NCBI RefSeq assembly: GCF_025698965.1
Contig: NZ_JAILWL010000001.1
Span: 1 to 61,416 of the forward strand
DNA length: 61,416 bases
Reading direction: 5' to 3'
Source: Roseibium sp.
GTDB taxonomy: Bacteria; Pseudomonadota; Alphaproteobacteria; Rhizobiales; Stappiaceae
In this document: positions 20,893 through 30,831 of the stretch, in pieces
Numbering within the stretch: position 1 is the first letter of the stretch
Layout of the letters: every line of letters begins with the position of its first letter
The notes under the pieces: model-generated
What the model was told of the DNA's origin: nothing
The model's input: the letters and a program-made list of their open reading frames with translations, nothing else
Database searches by the model: none
Program-made: the position numbers and the translations under genes

Positions 20893-23800
20893 GTGAGGGC
20901 GCGCCAGCGCATTCTGCCGATCCGCCGCCAGTACAACAAATGGGTCAACAACCAGACCCTGGAAGATTATGCACTGCGGTTCACGGCAAAAAGCGCGCGC
21001 CGCTTTTCATCCCGCGCCATTTCGCAGACCGCCATCGGCGCAATTTCGTTTTTGGCGCTTGAGGCGATCGGTGGAGCGATCACGCTGTCCCACGGGACCG
21101 CAAATGCATTTCTTGCCATTCTGGTCGGCAGTCTTGTGCTGCTTGTTGTCGGTCTGCCGATCAGCCGTTATGCCATGCGTTACGGCGTCGATATCGACCT
21201 CCTGACACGTGGTGCGGGTTTTGGTTATATCGGCTCGACAATCACTTCGCTGATTTATGCCAGTTTCACCTTCATCCTGTTTGCGATCGAGGCTTCGATC
21301 ATGTCGAGCGCCCTGGAATTCGCTTTCGGCGTTCCACTCTGGATCGGCTACATCATCAGTGCGGTGGCAGTGATTCCGCTGGTGACCCACGGCATAACCT
21401 GGATCAGTCGTTTTCAGCTGGCCACACAACCCTTCTGGATCATCCTCAACGTACTTCCGTTCGTTTTCATCGCGTTCACCGACTGGCAGGCGGTTGGAGA
21501 CTGGTTGAGTTTTTCCGGAATAGATCCCGAAACACAGGCACCCAGCAGTCAGCCCGGCGGATGGCCCAGCATCAATCTCATCAGCTTCGGCGCCGCGTCG
21601 GCCGTGATCCTGGCCCTGATGGCTCAAATTGGCGAGCAGGTCGATTTTCTTCGCTTCCTGCCAGCACAGGATTTTGCCCGGCGCCGTCATCGCCTGGCCT
21701 TGTTTCTGGCTGGACCGGGCTGGGTCATTCTCGGGGCACCGAAGATGATTGCCGGCTCGTTTCTGGCGGTGCTCGTCTTGTCGCACGGTGTGCCTGTGGA
21801 ACACGCGGACGAACCTTCGCGAATGTATGCCGTCGCCTTCGGTTACATGATCCCAAGTGAGACGGTGGTCCTGTTGTTGATGGCTGCATTCGTGGTGGTG
21901 GCACAGTTGAAGATCAACGTGATGAATGCCTATGCGGGATCATTGGCGTGGTCGAACTTCTTTTCCCGCCTGACCCATTCCCATCCGGGTCGGGTTGTCT
22001 GGCTGGTTTTCAATGTCGGCATCGCGCTGCTTCTGATGGAGCTGGGTATCTATAGCTTGCTGGAAGAAACCCTTGGGGTCTTTTCCATAATCGCCATGGC
22101 GTGGCTTTCCGCCATTTCCGCAGACCTCTTTATCAACAAACCTCTTGGCTTGTCGCCTCCGGGCATCGAGTTCAAGCGAGCCCATCTATATGACATCAAC
22201 CCGGTTGGCACAGGAGCAATGCTGCTTGCGACCTGCCTCGCACTGGCAGCCCACTTCGGTCAGTTCGGCGATGTCGCTGCAGCACTCGCGACATTCCTGG
22301 CCATGGTCGTCGCATTTGTTGCGGCACCTCTGATTGCCATTGCCACCAAGGGCAGGTTTTATCTGGCTCGCAAGCCGCGACGCAGCTGGCAGGATGTGAA
22401 CCAGATTGCATGTTCAATTTGTGAAAATCCGTTTGAGCCTGAAGATATGGCTTATTGTCCGGCCTACCAGGCGCCGATCTGTTCGCTTTGCTGTTCACTG
22501 GATGCCCGCTGCCACGATTCCTGCAAACCCAAGGCCCGGATTTCCTATCAGTTGGGATCCGTCGCAGGTCGGTTTTTGCCCGAACGCGCACTCGTCCATT
22601 TGCGCTCCCGTCTGGGGCGCTACGCTTTGTCCTCCTTGGTCTCAGTTGCCGGAATAGGACTTGTTCTGTGGATCATCTACGCACAGGCAGCCAGCCGGTT
22701 AGGAGACCCTACCGGTCTGATCGGCCAGACCGTCACTCTGATCTTCTTCGTGTTTGCCATTGTGGCTGGAATTTCCTGCTGGTTTCTTGTACTCGCCCAC
22801 GACACGAGGCGGGTGGCAGAAGAGGAGTCAGCCCGTCAAAACGCGTTGTTGCAAAGAGAGATCGATGCCCACAGCGCGACCGATGCGGCACTACAGAAAG
22901 CCAAGGAAGACGCCGAGGCGGCAAACCTGGCCAAGAGCCGGTATGTCGTTGGTCTTTCCCACGAACTCAGAACACCTTTGAACGCGGTTATGGGATATGC
23001 GCAGGTTCTGGAGCGCGATGAGACTTTGCCGCTGACGCGCAAACCTGCGGTCAGCACAATTCGGCGTAGCGCGGAGCACTTGTCGGGACTTATTGACGGC
23101 CTGTTGGACATTTCCCGCATCGAAGCCGGTCGACTGCAGATCTATTCCAACGAGATTAACATTCTCGAATTCCTGGACCAGATCGTCGACATGTTCCGGA
23201 TGCAGGCGGTGGCCAAGGGACTTGAATTCGACTACGTACGGGCTGCCAATCTGCCGATCTTTGTCAGAACGGATGAAAAACGTCTTCGGCAGATTCTGGT
23301 CAATTTATTATCCAATGCAATCAAGTTCACCAGTGAAGGCAAGGTGTCCCTCACGGTCCGGTATCGGTCACAGGTCGCCAGCTTCGTTGTGTCTGACAGT
23401 GGCCCCGGGATCGAACTGGCCGAACAACACAAGATATTCGAACCCTTTGGAAGGAGCCGTTCGGCTGGCGTGAACCAAACACCAGGACTGGGGTTGGGAC
23501 TAACCATTACCAAGTTGCTGACCGAGACCATGGGCGGTGCAATCGCGGTTGCCAGTGAGCAGGGAACGGGCGCTTCATTCGAAGTGCGACTGATGCTTGC
23601 AGCCGTTGATCGTCCGGCCGACACAATTCGTCTCGACAGGCAAGTGCGGGGTTATGAGGGGCCGCGCAGGACAATTGCCGTCATAGACGACAACCCCGAT
23701 CACAGGTCGCTCGTAAGCGATATCCTGAAGCCTCTTGGCTTTGCGGTGCTGGGCGCGGAAAGCGGCGCAAGTTGCCTTGAAACCGTTTGCTGCCTGAAAC

Positions 23801-24282
23801 CGGATCTTTATCTCATCGACATTCTGATGCCGGGAATGAATGGTTGGGAATTGGTGAATGTTCTTCGCGATCAGGGAGACGCAGCACCTATCATCATGCT
23901 GTCTGCAAATATTGGCGATCAGGCTCTGCGCCCGGAGGGACCGATCCATCACAGTGCGACGCTGGCAAAGCCCTTTGTTATCGGTCAGTTGCTGGATCTT
24001 TTGCAAAAATACATGAGCATTGTCTGGACGGAAAAACCACAGCCAAACACCAGTGAAACACAGCTGGCCGTACCGCTCCGCTCACCGGGTGCGGAACATA
24101 TCGCCGATCTGATGTCGCTGGCCGACATTGGCTATGTCGAGGGGATCGAAGCCAAGCTGGCGGAGCTTGCGACCGAGCCGGAAAACCGGGCCCTGACAGA
24201 CACCTTGAACGAGCATCTCAACAAGTTTGATTTCGACGCTTACAGGAATGTCCTGAGCGGATTGGAGACGCATGACGGATGA
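20893..24282 (+). CDS. hybrid sensor histidine kinase/response regulator with N-terminal purine-cytosine-permease-like domain and Cys-rich linker
   Basis: ~12 TM segments (TLEDYALRF, DIDLLTRGAGFG, NAYAGSLAWSN), Cys cluster, H-box LSHELRTPLN, NLLSNAIKFT, GLGLGL, receiver DILMP. Confidence 0.9.
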   Translation: MRARQRILPIRRQYNKWVNNQTLEDYALRFTAKSARRFSSRAISQTAIGAISFLALEAIGGAITLSHGTANAFLAILVGSLVLLVVGLPISRYAMRYGVDIDLLTRGAGFGYIGSTITSLIYASFTFILFAIEASIMSSALEFAFGVPLWIGYIISAVAVIPLVTHGITWISRFQLATQPFWIILNVLPFVFIAFTDWQAVGDWLSFSGIDPETQAPSSQPGGWPSINLISFGAASAVILALMAQIGEQVDFLRFLPAQDFARRRHRLALFLAGPGWVILGAPKMIAGSFLAVLVLSHGVPVEHADEPSRMYAVAFGYMIPSETVVLLLMAAFVVVAQLKINVMNAYAGSLAWSNFFSRLTHSHPGRVVWLVFNVGIALLLMELGIYSLLEETLGVFSIIAMAWLSAISADLFINKPLGLSPPGIEFKRAHLYDINPVGTGAMLLATCLALAAHFGQFGDVAAALATFLAMVVAFVAAPLIAIATKGRFYLARKPRRSWQDVNQIACSICENPFEPEDMAYCPAYQAPICSLCCSLDARCHDSCKPKARISYQLGSVAGRFLPERALVHLRSRLGRYALSSLVSVAGIGLVLWIIYAQAASRLGDPTGLIGQTVTLIFFVFAIVAGISCWFLVLAHDTRRVAEEESARQNALLQREIDAHSATDAALQKAKEDAEAANLAKSRYVVGLSHELRTPLNAVMGYAQVLERDETLPLTRKPAVSTIRRSAEHLSGLIDGLLDISRIEAGRLQIYSNEINILEFLDQIVDMFRMQAVAKGLEFDYVRAANLPIFVRTDEKRLRQILVNLLSNAIKFTSEGKVSLTVRYRSQVASFVVSDSGPGIELAEQHKIFEPFGRSRSAGVNQTPGLGLGLTITKLLTETMGGAIAVASEQGTGASFEVRLMLAAVDRPADTIRLDRQVRGYEGPRRTIAVIDDNPDHRSLVSDILKPLGFAVLGAESGASCLETVCCLKPDLYLIDILMPGMNGWELVNVLRDQGDAAPIIMLSANIGDQALRPEGPIHHSATLAKPFVIGQLLDLLQKYMSIVWTEKPQPNTSETQLAVPLRSPGAEHIADLMSLADIGYVEGIEAKLAELATEPENRALTDTLNEHLNKFDFDAYRNVLSGLETHDG

Positions 24283-25186
24283 ACGCCGAGATACGGTTCT
24301 TGTGGTCGATGACAGCCCGGAAACACTCGGATTTGTCACCGAAGCCCTGAAACAGACCGGAATTGCCGTGCTTGTTGCGACCAGTGGCGAAGCGGCGCTT
24401 TCCATCTGCGAGAAAGTGACACCAGACACAATCCTCATGGATGCGGTCATGCCCGGACTGGACGGGTTCGACACCTGTCGGAGGATCAAGACCTATCCGT
24501 CTCACAAACACGTGCCGGTTATATTCATGACAGGACTTTCGGAGACTGAGCATATAGTCAAGGCGCTGGAAAGCGGGGGCGTGGATTTTCTGACCAAGCC
24601 GATCGACGTGGATGAATTGAAGGCGCGCATAAAGGTTCATCTGAAAAACGCACGTTCAGTGCAAAGCGCGCATGTGGCTCTTGATGCGGCAGGCCGCCAC
24701 CTTGTGGCCGTATCTTCCGAAGGAACGGTGTTGTGGTCGACCCCCCAGATCCAGAACCTTTTGGCGAAAACGGGTGCAGCTGATACCAGTCTGTTTCGGT
24801 TGGGCAGGGCTTTGGGGGAATGGCTCGAAGGTCCGCATGCTGTCGACATTCGGCGCAGGAGTTTCATGCTCGGGCTTTCGGAGAACCTCGCTGTCCAGCT
24901 GCATCCTTTGGGCCGGGTCGGGCCTGATGAAAATCTGTTTCGCGTGACGGCAGAAGATGAGGCCGGACAGCAGAACGCCTTGCAGGACAGGTTCGATCTG
25001 ACGAAACGAGAGGCTGAAGTCCTGATCTGGATTGCCAAAGGCAAGGCCAACAAGGATATCGGCGAAATCCTTGGCTTGTCGCCGCGGACAGTCAACAAGC
25101 ATCTGGAACAGATCTTCATAAAACTGGGCGTTGAAAATCGGGCCTCTGCCGCGGTCCGGGCCGCCGAAGTGATTTACGCTTTGTGA
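24272..25186 (+). CDS. DNA-binding response regulator (REC + LuxR HTH)
   Basis: VVDD, MDAVMP, LTKP; C-terminal LTKREAEVL..GKANKDIGEILGLSPRTVNKHL; overlaps the kinase stop codon. Confidence 0.92.
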   Translation: MTDERRDTVLVVDDSPETLGFVTEALKQTGIAVLVATSGEAALSICEKVTPDTILMDAVMPGLDGFDTCRRIKTYPSHKHVPVIFMTGLSETEHIVKALESGGVDFLTKPIDVDELKARIKVHLKNARSVQSAHVALDAAGRHLVAVSSEGTVLWSTPQIQNLLAKTGAADTSLFRLGRALGEWLEGPHAVDIRRRSFMLGLSENLAVQLHPLGRVGPDENLFRVTAEDEAGQQNALQDRFDLTKREAEVLIWIAKGKANKDIGEILGLSPRTVNKHLEQIFIKLGVENRASAAVRAAEVIYAL

Positions 25187-25417
25187 TTGCCTGGGGATGG
25201 TGACCTGGCGAGCTGGTCTGGTTTTTAGGTTTTGAAACGAAGTTGCAGGGAAAATCAGCTTGTCCCGAGGAGAAGCAAAACGGCTTCACTCCGCTGCTTC
25301 AACGCGTTCCATCGGGCAGAATGTTCGTTTTTCGCAACTTTTCCTCCAGTTCATTGACGTTTGCTACGCCATTGCAGCCAATTGGATGAGGGTATGACCT
25401 TGAGGACACGACAACTC

Positions 25418-25437
25418 GACAAGGACACATCCTTGTC
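25418..25437. promoter_or_regulatory. inverted repeat upstream of GntR/FadR gene (possible autoregulatory operator)
   Basis: Perfect 8-bp arms: GACAAGGA-CACA-TCCTTGTC. Confidence 0.35.
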
Positions 25438-25523
25438 ATATGGATGCAAAACAGTCGGAATGAGCGCTCAGTTGGGCGCCAAATGGCGGTTAGACGCCAA
25501 ACTATGTGCGGAGGAAGGAAGTC

Positions 25524-26243
25524 ATGGCAGAGTTTCGACAAGTCCATCGGGCATCCCTCCTGCCGGATCGCATAGCTTCGGACATTATGGCCAAGATTAC
25601 CGATGGCGAATTGAAGCCGGGTGACGCGCTCCCGACCGAACATAGTCTGGCCCAGACATTTGGTGTAAGCCGGAATGTCGTGCGCGAGGCGATCGCTCGA
25701 TTGCGGTCAGATGGCATTATCGAATCCCGTCAGGGTAGGGGGGCTGTGGTCAAACCAGTTTGCGAACGCGAAACATTCCGCGTCGATATCCGCGCACTCG
25801 GAAAATCCGACAATCTGGCGGACCTGTTCGAGCTGCGCGGTCTTCTGGAAATCGAGGCGGCGGGGCTTGCCGCCGAACGCCGTAGCGATGCTGATCTCGT
25901 CGTTTTGCAAACAGCCATTGCCGATATGGAGGGCCAGCAGGAATTCGATGAAAAGCGGCTGGAGGCCGATGCGACTTTTCACCGGGCGCTCGGCAAGGCA
26001 TCGGGCAACACCTATCTGTCCACCATCATCGATTATATCTCCTCGCGCTTGAAGGAAACGACACAGGCGACCTCAGAAATCTATACGAGGGACGACCTTC
26101 TCGATGTCACGATCAGCGAACATCGGAAAATTCTGTATGCGGTCGAGGCGGGTAGCAGAAGTTCAGCGCGTGTTGCGATGGCAGCGCATATTCAAGGGGC
26201 GGCGGAACGTCTTCAGGTTCCGGTGAAACTCGGCAGACCTTAG
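25524..26243 (+). CDS. GntR family transcriptional regulator, FadR subfamily
   Basis: LKPGDALPTEHSLAQTFGVSRNVVREA wHTH; FCD domain (DATFHRAL, EHRKI). Confidence 0.92.
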   Translation: MAEFRQVHRASLLPDRIASDIMAKITDGELKPGDALPTEHSLAQTFGVSRNVVREAIARLRSDGIIESRQGRGAVVKPVCERETFRVDIRALGKSDNLADLFELRGLLEIEAAGLAAERRSDADLVVLQTAIADMEGQQEFDEKRLEADATFHRALGKASGNTYLSTIIDYISSRLKETTQATSEIYTRDDLLDVTISEHRKILYAVEAGSRSSARVAMAAHIQGAAERLQVPVKLGRP

Positions 26244-26287
26244 CACTCGTGCGCCTGCCAAAAGGCCTCGGGGGAGGGGGACGAAGG

Positions 26288-26746
26288 TCAATCGCTGGTT
26301 TTCGTTGTATCGGCTTCCAGATGGATGACCACATCAACCTTCTCGATACGGTAACCTGAGGGCGCGCGAGGTGTGACATCGATGACCAGCGCGGAGGACG
26401 GACAGTCGAACACCCTGTCTTCATCAGGAATATAGTAATGCCTGTGGTCGCCAGTGTCGGTGTCGAACCATGTGCGTTCACCCGAAATTGCTATCCTGCG
26501 CAAGAGGCCGACCCGCTCGAAATCGTTGAGCGTGTTGTAGATTGTAGCAAGTGAAATTCGACCACCATTGCCGGAAATCGTTTCAAAAAGCTTCGATGCG
26601 TCAACATGTTGGTGCGGGCCGCAAAGCAGGTTTTCGGCAACGGTCCGGCGTTGAACTGTGGGGCGCAGACCCGCAGCACGAAGACGTTTGGTGATCGTAT
26701 CGTTCGAATTGTCGCAGATGTCCGTCTTGCTATCGGTCATGTCCAT
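26288..26746 (-). CDS. Fur-family regulator, Irr-like
   Basis: AGLRPTVQR, ISLATIYNTL, WFDTDTGDHRHYY and P.GYRIEKVDVVIHL follow the Irr layout, with HHH replaced by HRH. Start ATG 26746 or 26740. Confidence 0.8.
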   Translation of the reverse strand: MDMTDSKTDICDNSNDTITKRLRAAGLRPTVQRRTVAENLLCGPHQHVDASKLFETISGNGGRISLATIYNTLNDFERVGLLRRIAISGERTWFDTDTGDHRHYYIPDEDRVFDCPSSALVIDVTPRAPSGYRIEKVDVVIHLEADTTKTSD

Positions 26747-26829
26747 CCGTTTCTGAGTGCTTGAGTTGGTCCATCGCACCAAGGTTCAACGTAGTGCACG
26801 CATCCATTGATGTTCCATAAAACAAGTTT

Positions 26830-26846
26830 TTGCAAATGACTTGCAA
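26830..26846. promoter_or_regulatory. Mur/Fur(alpha)-type box near the irr-like promoter
   Basis: TTGCAAATGACTTGCAA, same family as the boxes at 26938 and 26967. Confidence 0.65.
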
Positions 26847-26937
26847 TAGCAAAAATAATTTACGTGCCCACTATCTGATAACCTGAGTGAAATCTGGGTT
26901 GGAGGGCTCGCTGAAACCGGGTCGCAGTATTTGTGAA

Positions 26938-26985
26938 AATGCAAATCATTCGCAACTAGCTTGACAGTTGCGAATGATTTGCAAT
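26938..26985. promoter_or_regulatory. two Mur/Fur(alpha) boxes flanking the sitA -35 element
   Basis: AATGCAAATCATTCGCAAC and GTTGCGAATGATTTGCAAT; 18-bp perfect inverted repeat (26940-26957 / 26966-26983) around TTGACA (26961-26966). Confidence 0.75.
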
Positions 26986-27031
26986 ATCACTTGCAGGTAA
27001 CAGGGCGAGGTTTCTCTTTCAGGAGTTTGGA

Positions 27032-27934
27032 ATGTTCAAAAAGCTGGCAATTACCACATCGATCACAACGCTGGCGGTTGGCCTTGCCACTGGTGTGTTG
27101 GCCGAGGACAAGATGAAAGTGGTCACCACGTTCACGGTTCTGGCTGATATTGCACAAAATGTGGCAGGGGAGACAGCTGAGGTTGTTTCGATTACCAAGC
27201 CCGGCGCGGAAATTCATGGCTACCAGCCAACCCCCCAGGACATCGTACGGGCTTCCGATGCCGATCTGATCCTTTGGAACGGGATGAACCTGGAGCTGTG
27301 GTTTGAGCAGTTTCTTTCAAATCTCGGCGACATCCCATCCGCAACGCTGACCGATGGCATTGACCCGATTTCCATCAGGTCCGGGTCCTATGAAGGCAAA
27401 CCGAACCCGCACGCATGGATGGGCCTCGACAATGCGCTCGTCTATATCGACAACATCGTCAAGGCGTTTTCGGAGCAGGACCCTGACAATGCGGCGACCT
27501 ATGAGCAAAACGCTACCGTCTATAAAGACAAGCTGCGCGAAACGATCGACCCGTTGCGTCAAGCGGTTTCCACAATTCCGCAGGAACAGCGCTGGCTGGT
27601 AACGTGTGAGGGGGCGTTCAGTTATCTCGCTCGGGATTTCGACATGAAGGAACTCTACCTCTGGCCGATGAACGCCGATCAGGTTGGCACGCCGCAACAG
27701 GTCCGCGCGGTGATTGACGGTGTCAGGGACAACGAGATTCCGGTTGTCTTTTGTGAAAGCACGGTCAACACCGCACCGGCCCGGCAAGTAGCACGCGAAA
27801 CCGGCGCCACCTATGGCGGTGAGCTATACGTGGACTCCTTGAGTGAAGCAGACGGTCCGGTGCCAACCTATCTCGATCTTCTGAAAGTCACCGCCGGAAC
27901 CGTGGCCGAGGGTCTCAAGGCAGCCACCAATTGA
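27032..27934 (+). CDS. sitA: Mn/Fe ABC transporter substrate-binding protein (SitA/MntA)
   Basis: GAEIHGYQPT, NPHAWM, TCEGAFSYLA, LYVDSLS. Confidence 0.92.
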   Translation: MFKKLAITTSITTLAVGLATGVLAEDKMKVVTTFTVLADIAQNVAGETAEVVSITKPGAEIHGYQPTPQDIVRASDADLILWNGMNLELWFEQFLSNLGDIPSATLTDGIDPISIRSGSYEGKPNPHAWMGLDNALVYIDNIVKAFSEQDPDNAATYEQNATVYKDKLRETIDPLRQAVSTIPQEQRWLVTCEGAFSYLARDFDMKELYLWPMNADQVGTPQQVRAVIDGVRDNEIPVVFCESTVNTAPARQVARETGATYGGELYVDSLSEADGPVPTYLDLLKVTAGTVAEGLKAATN

Positions 27935-27956
27935 TCAACGGAATGGCTTGACCTGG

Positions 27957-27984
27957 CCCCGCGGAAATCTTGCCGCGGGGTTTT
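27957..27984 (+). terminator. stem-loop with U-tract after sitA
   Basis: CCCCGCGG-AAATCTTG-CCGCGGGG-TTTT. Confidence 0.6.
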
Positions 27985-28025
27985 GATTGTGAAGCCATGA
28001 ATTGTGCTCTTAAATGGGATGACCC

Positions 28026-28925
28026 ATGCTGAATGTCATCAAGGACCTGGAAATGGACGTGACCGCACAGGCGGATGGAGGCGGCCTATCCGCCGAGGAC
28101 GTCACGGTAACCTACCGCAATGGTCACACCGCATTGTGGAACGCGAGTTTTGAAATTCCACGTGGCACCGTTACGGCCCTTGTCGGCGTCAATGGCGCGG
28201 GAAAATCCACCCTTTTCAAGGCGATGATGGGGTTCGTCCCGGCGGCCAGGGGCAAGATCCGCATCCTGGATCTTCCCGTCCGAGAAGCCCTGCGCAAGAA
28301 CCTTGTCGCCTACGTTCCCCAGTCTGAGGAAGTTGACTGGTCGTTTCCGGTTCTGGTGGAAGACGTCGTCATGATGGGGCGCTACGGCCATATGGGGTTT
28401 TTGCGCCGTCCCAAGCAGGCAGATCATGATGCCGTCGATCAAGCGTTGCAGCGGGTCAACATGCAGGACTTCCGGCACCGTCAGATCGGTGAGCTTTCCG
28501 GCGGCCAGCGCAAGCGCGTCTTTCTTGCCCGTGCGCTGGCACAGGACGGTCAGGTGATCCTTCTGGACGAGCCCTTCACCGGTGTAGATGTCAAGACAGA
28601 AGAGCAGATCATCGGCCTGTTGAAGGAACTGCGTGACGAGGGCAGGGTGATGCTGGTGTCGACCCATAACCTCGGGTCTGTTCCGGAATTCTGCGATCGA
28701 ACAGTTCTGGTCAAGGGAACCGTGCTCGCCTACGGCCCGACGGAAACCACCTTCACGCGCGACAATCTGGAGCAGGCCTTCGGGGGTGTTCTGCGCCACT
28801 TTACGATTTCCGACGAAACGCTGCATACGGACGGCGATCAGCGCAAAGTGACCATCCTGACCGACGACGAGCGGCCTTTCGTCCAATATGGCGATGAAGT
28901 CCAGACCACCGAGGTCCGCAAGTGA
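28026..28925 (+). CDS. sitB: Mn/Fe ABC transporter ATP-binding protein
   Basis: [43 protein letters not shown]. Confidence 0.92.
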   Translation: MLNVIKDLEMDVTAQADGGGLSAEDVTVTYRNGHTALWNASFEIPRGTVTALVGVNGAGKSTLFKAMMGFVPAARGKIRILDLPVREALRKNLVAYVPQSEEVDWSFPVLVEDVVMMGRYGHMGFLRRPKQADHDAVDQALQRVNMQDFRHRQIGELSGGQRKRVFLARALAQDGQVILLDEPFTGVDVKTEEQIIGLLKELRDEGRVMLVSTHNLGSVPEFCDRTVLVKGTVLAYGPTETTFTRDNLEQAFGGVLRHFTISDETLHTDGDQRKVTILTDDERPFVQYGDEVQTTEVRK

Positions 28926-29842
28926 TGGAAGTGCTTCTGGAGCCGTTTTCCTATAATTACATGACCAACGCGATGTGGGTGTCCGCCCTGGTCGGTGGTG
29001 TCTGCGCGTTTCTCTCCGCATACCTGATGTTGAAGGGCTGGTCTTTGATTGGCGATGCCCTGTCTCATTCCGTCGTGCCGGGTGTTGCAGCGGCTTACAT
29101 CATCGGGCTGCCGTTTGCTCTGGGAGCCTTTATTGCCGGCGGGCTTGCAGCTGGTGCGATGCTGTTCCTGTCGGAGCGGTCCGGATTGAAAGTGGACGTG
29201 ATCATCGGCCTGATCTTCACCAGCTTCTTCGGTCTGGGGCTCTTCATTGTTTCGGTCAACCCGATGTCGGTATCTGTCCAGACAATCACCATGGGCAACA
29301 TTCTGGCGATCACCCCGGAAGACACGCTCCAGCTCGCCATCATCGGCTTCGTTTCCCTGGCAGTCCTGCTCGCCAAATGGAAGGACCTGATGGTCACATT
29401 CTTTGACGAAAACCATGCCCGCACCATTGGACTGCGGCCCGGTCTCTTGAAGGCGATCTTCTTCGTGCTTCTGTCGGCCTCGGTCGTTGCAGCCATGCAG
29501 ACTGTCGGAGCCTTTCTGGTTATCGCCATGGTCGTGACACCCGGTGCAACCGCATATCTCCTTTGCGATCGCTTTCCGCGCCTGATCATGCTCTCGGTCG
29601 CGATTGGAGCGCTCACCAGTTTCACCGGAGCCTATGCCAGCTATTTCCTCGATGGTGCGACCGGTGGCATCATCGTCACGTTGCAGACGATTATCTTCCT
29701 GATTGCCTTCCTGCTTGCTCCCAAACATGGCCTTCTGGCTGCAAGGCGAAAAGCGGCTGAGGCCTTGAAGAAAGGGCCGCCTGACAGCATTGCACCCTCA
29801 GGGGTGCTCTCTGGACAGACCAGCCGTGAGGAGATGCTGTGA
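28922..29842 (+). CDS. sitC: Mn/Fe ABC transporter permease
   Basis: [20 protein letters not shown]-3 motif. Confidence 0.9.
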   Translation: MMEVLLEPFSYNYMTNAMWVSALVGGVCAFLSAYLMLKGWSLIGDALSHSVVPGVAAAYIIGLPFALGAFIAGGLAAGAMLFLSERSGLKVDVIIGLIFTSFFGLGLFIVSVNPMSVSVQTITMGNILAITPEDTLQLAIIGFVSLAVLLAKWKDLMVTFFDENHARTIGLRPGLLKAIFFVLLSASVVAAMQTVGAFLVIAMVVTPGATAYLLCDRFPRLIMLSVAIGALTSFTGAYASYFLDGATGGIIVTLQTIIFLIAFLLAPKHGLLAARRKAAEALKKGPPDSIAPSGVLSGQTSREEML

Positions 29843-30702
29843 TGGATCTCGACACGCTGCTGCTTCCGTTCAAATTCCCCTTCATGCAGAACGCCTTCCT
29901 GATCTGCATCATCGTTGCCGTCCCGACGGCGCTGCTGTCCTGCTTTTTGGTCATGAAAGGTTGGGCCCTGATGGGGGACGCCGTCAGCCATGCGATCCTG
30001 CCGGGCATCGTGCTTGCCTACATCTTCGGAATACCGTTGCTTGTCGGCGCCTTCGCTGCCGGCATGTTGTGCGCGCTGGCAACCGGGTTCCTGGCCGGGA
30101 ACAGCCGGGTCAAGCAGGACACGGTGATGGGCGTGGTCTTTTCAGGAATGTTCGGGCTTGGCATTGTGCTCTATGTCTCGATCGAAACCAACGCCCATCT
30201 GGACCACATTCTGTTCGGCAACATGCTCGGCGTTGGCCCGGGCGACCTCGTGACCGCCGGATCCATTGCGCTCATCGTCGGTGCGGGCCTTGTTCTGAAG
30301 TGGAAAGACCTGGTCCTCCACAGTTTCGACGCCGCCCAGGCCCAGGCGTCCGGTCTTCCTGTCAATCTGCTGCACTACGGTCTGCTGGCTGCCCTTTCAC
30401 TGACCATCGTCGCAACACTGTCGGCAGCGGGACTGATCCTTGCCATCGGTTTGCTGATCGCCCCCGGTGCAATAGCCTTCCTGCTTGTGCGCACATTCGG
30501 CACGATGCTGTGGGTATCGGTTCTTGTCTGCATGGCATCCATGCTGGCCGGAACCTATGCCAGCTTCTTTCTCGACAGCGCCCCGGCGCCAACCATCGTT
30601 CTGATCCTGACGGGCCTCTTCGTCATCGCTTTCGTCCGCCGGATGATCCTGACACGAAAGATGTCCCAACGCCGGGTATCGGGCGAACCGGCTGCTGAAT
30701 AG
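29839..30702 (+). CDS. sitD: Mn/Fe ABC transporter permease
   Basis: KGWALMGDAVSHAILPG, HLDHILFGN. Confidence 0.9.
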   Translation: MMDLDTLLLPFKFPFMQNAFLICIIVAVPTALLSCFLVMKGWALMGDAVSHAILPGIVLAYIFGIPLLVGAFAAGMLCALATGFLAGNSRVKQDTVMGVVFSGMFGLGIVLYVSIETNAHLDHILFGNMLGVGPGDLVTAGSIALIVGAGLVLKWKDLVLHSFDAAQAQASGLPVNLLHYGLLAALSLTIVATLSAAGLILAIGLLIAPGAIAFLLVRTFGTMLWVSVLVCMASMLAGTYASFFLDSAPAPTIVLILTGLFVIAFVRRMILTRKMSQRRVSGEPAAE

Positions 30703-30703
30703 A

Positions 30704-30732
30704 AAAAGAGCCCGGAATATTCGGGCTCTTTT
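30704..30732 (+). terminator. intrinsic (possibly bidirectional) terminator after sitD
   Basis: AAAAGAGCCCG-GAATATT-CGGGCTCTTTT. Confidence 0.8.
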
Positions 30733-30765
30733 GGCAATCGAATCAGACTTGCTCCCACAAGAATG

Positions 30766-30817
30766 AAAAAGGGTGTCCGCTCCCTCTCTGGGCGGTCGAT
30801 GGGAAGAGGGAGCGGAC
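30766..30817 (-). terminator. intrinsic terminator after algD
   Basis: 13-bp arms GTCCGCTCCCTCT / AGAGGGAGCGGAC followed on the minus strand by ACCCTTTTT. Confidence 0.65.
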
Positions 30818-30831
30818 CGGAGCGCTCAGTC

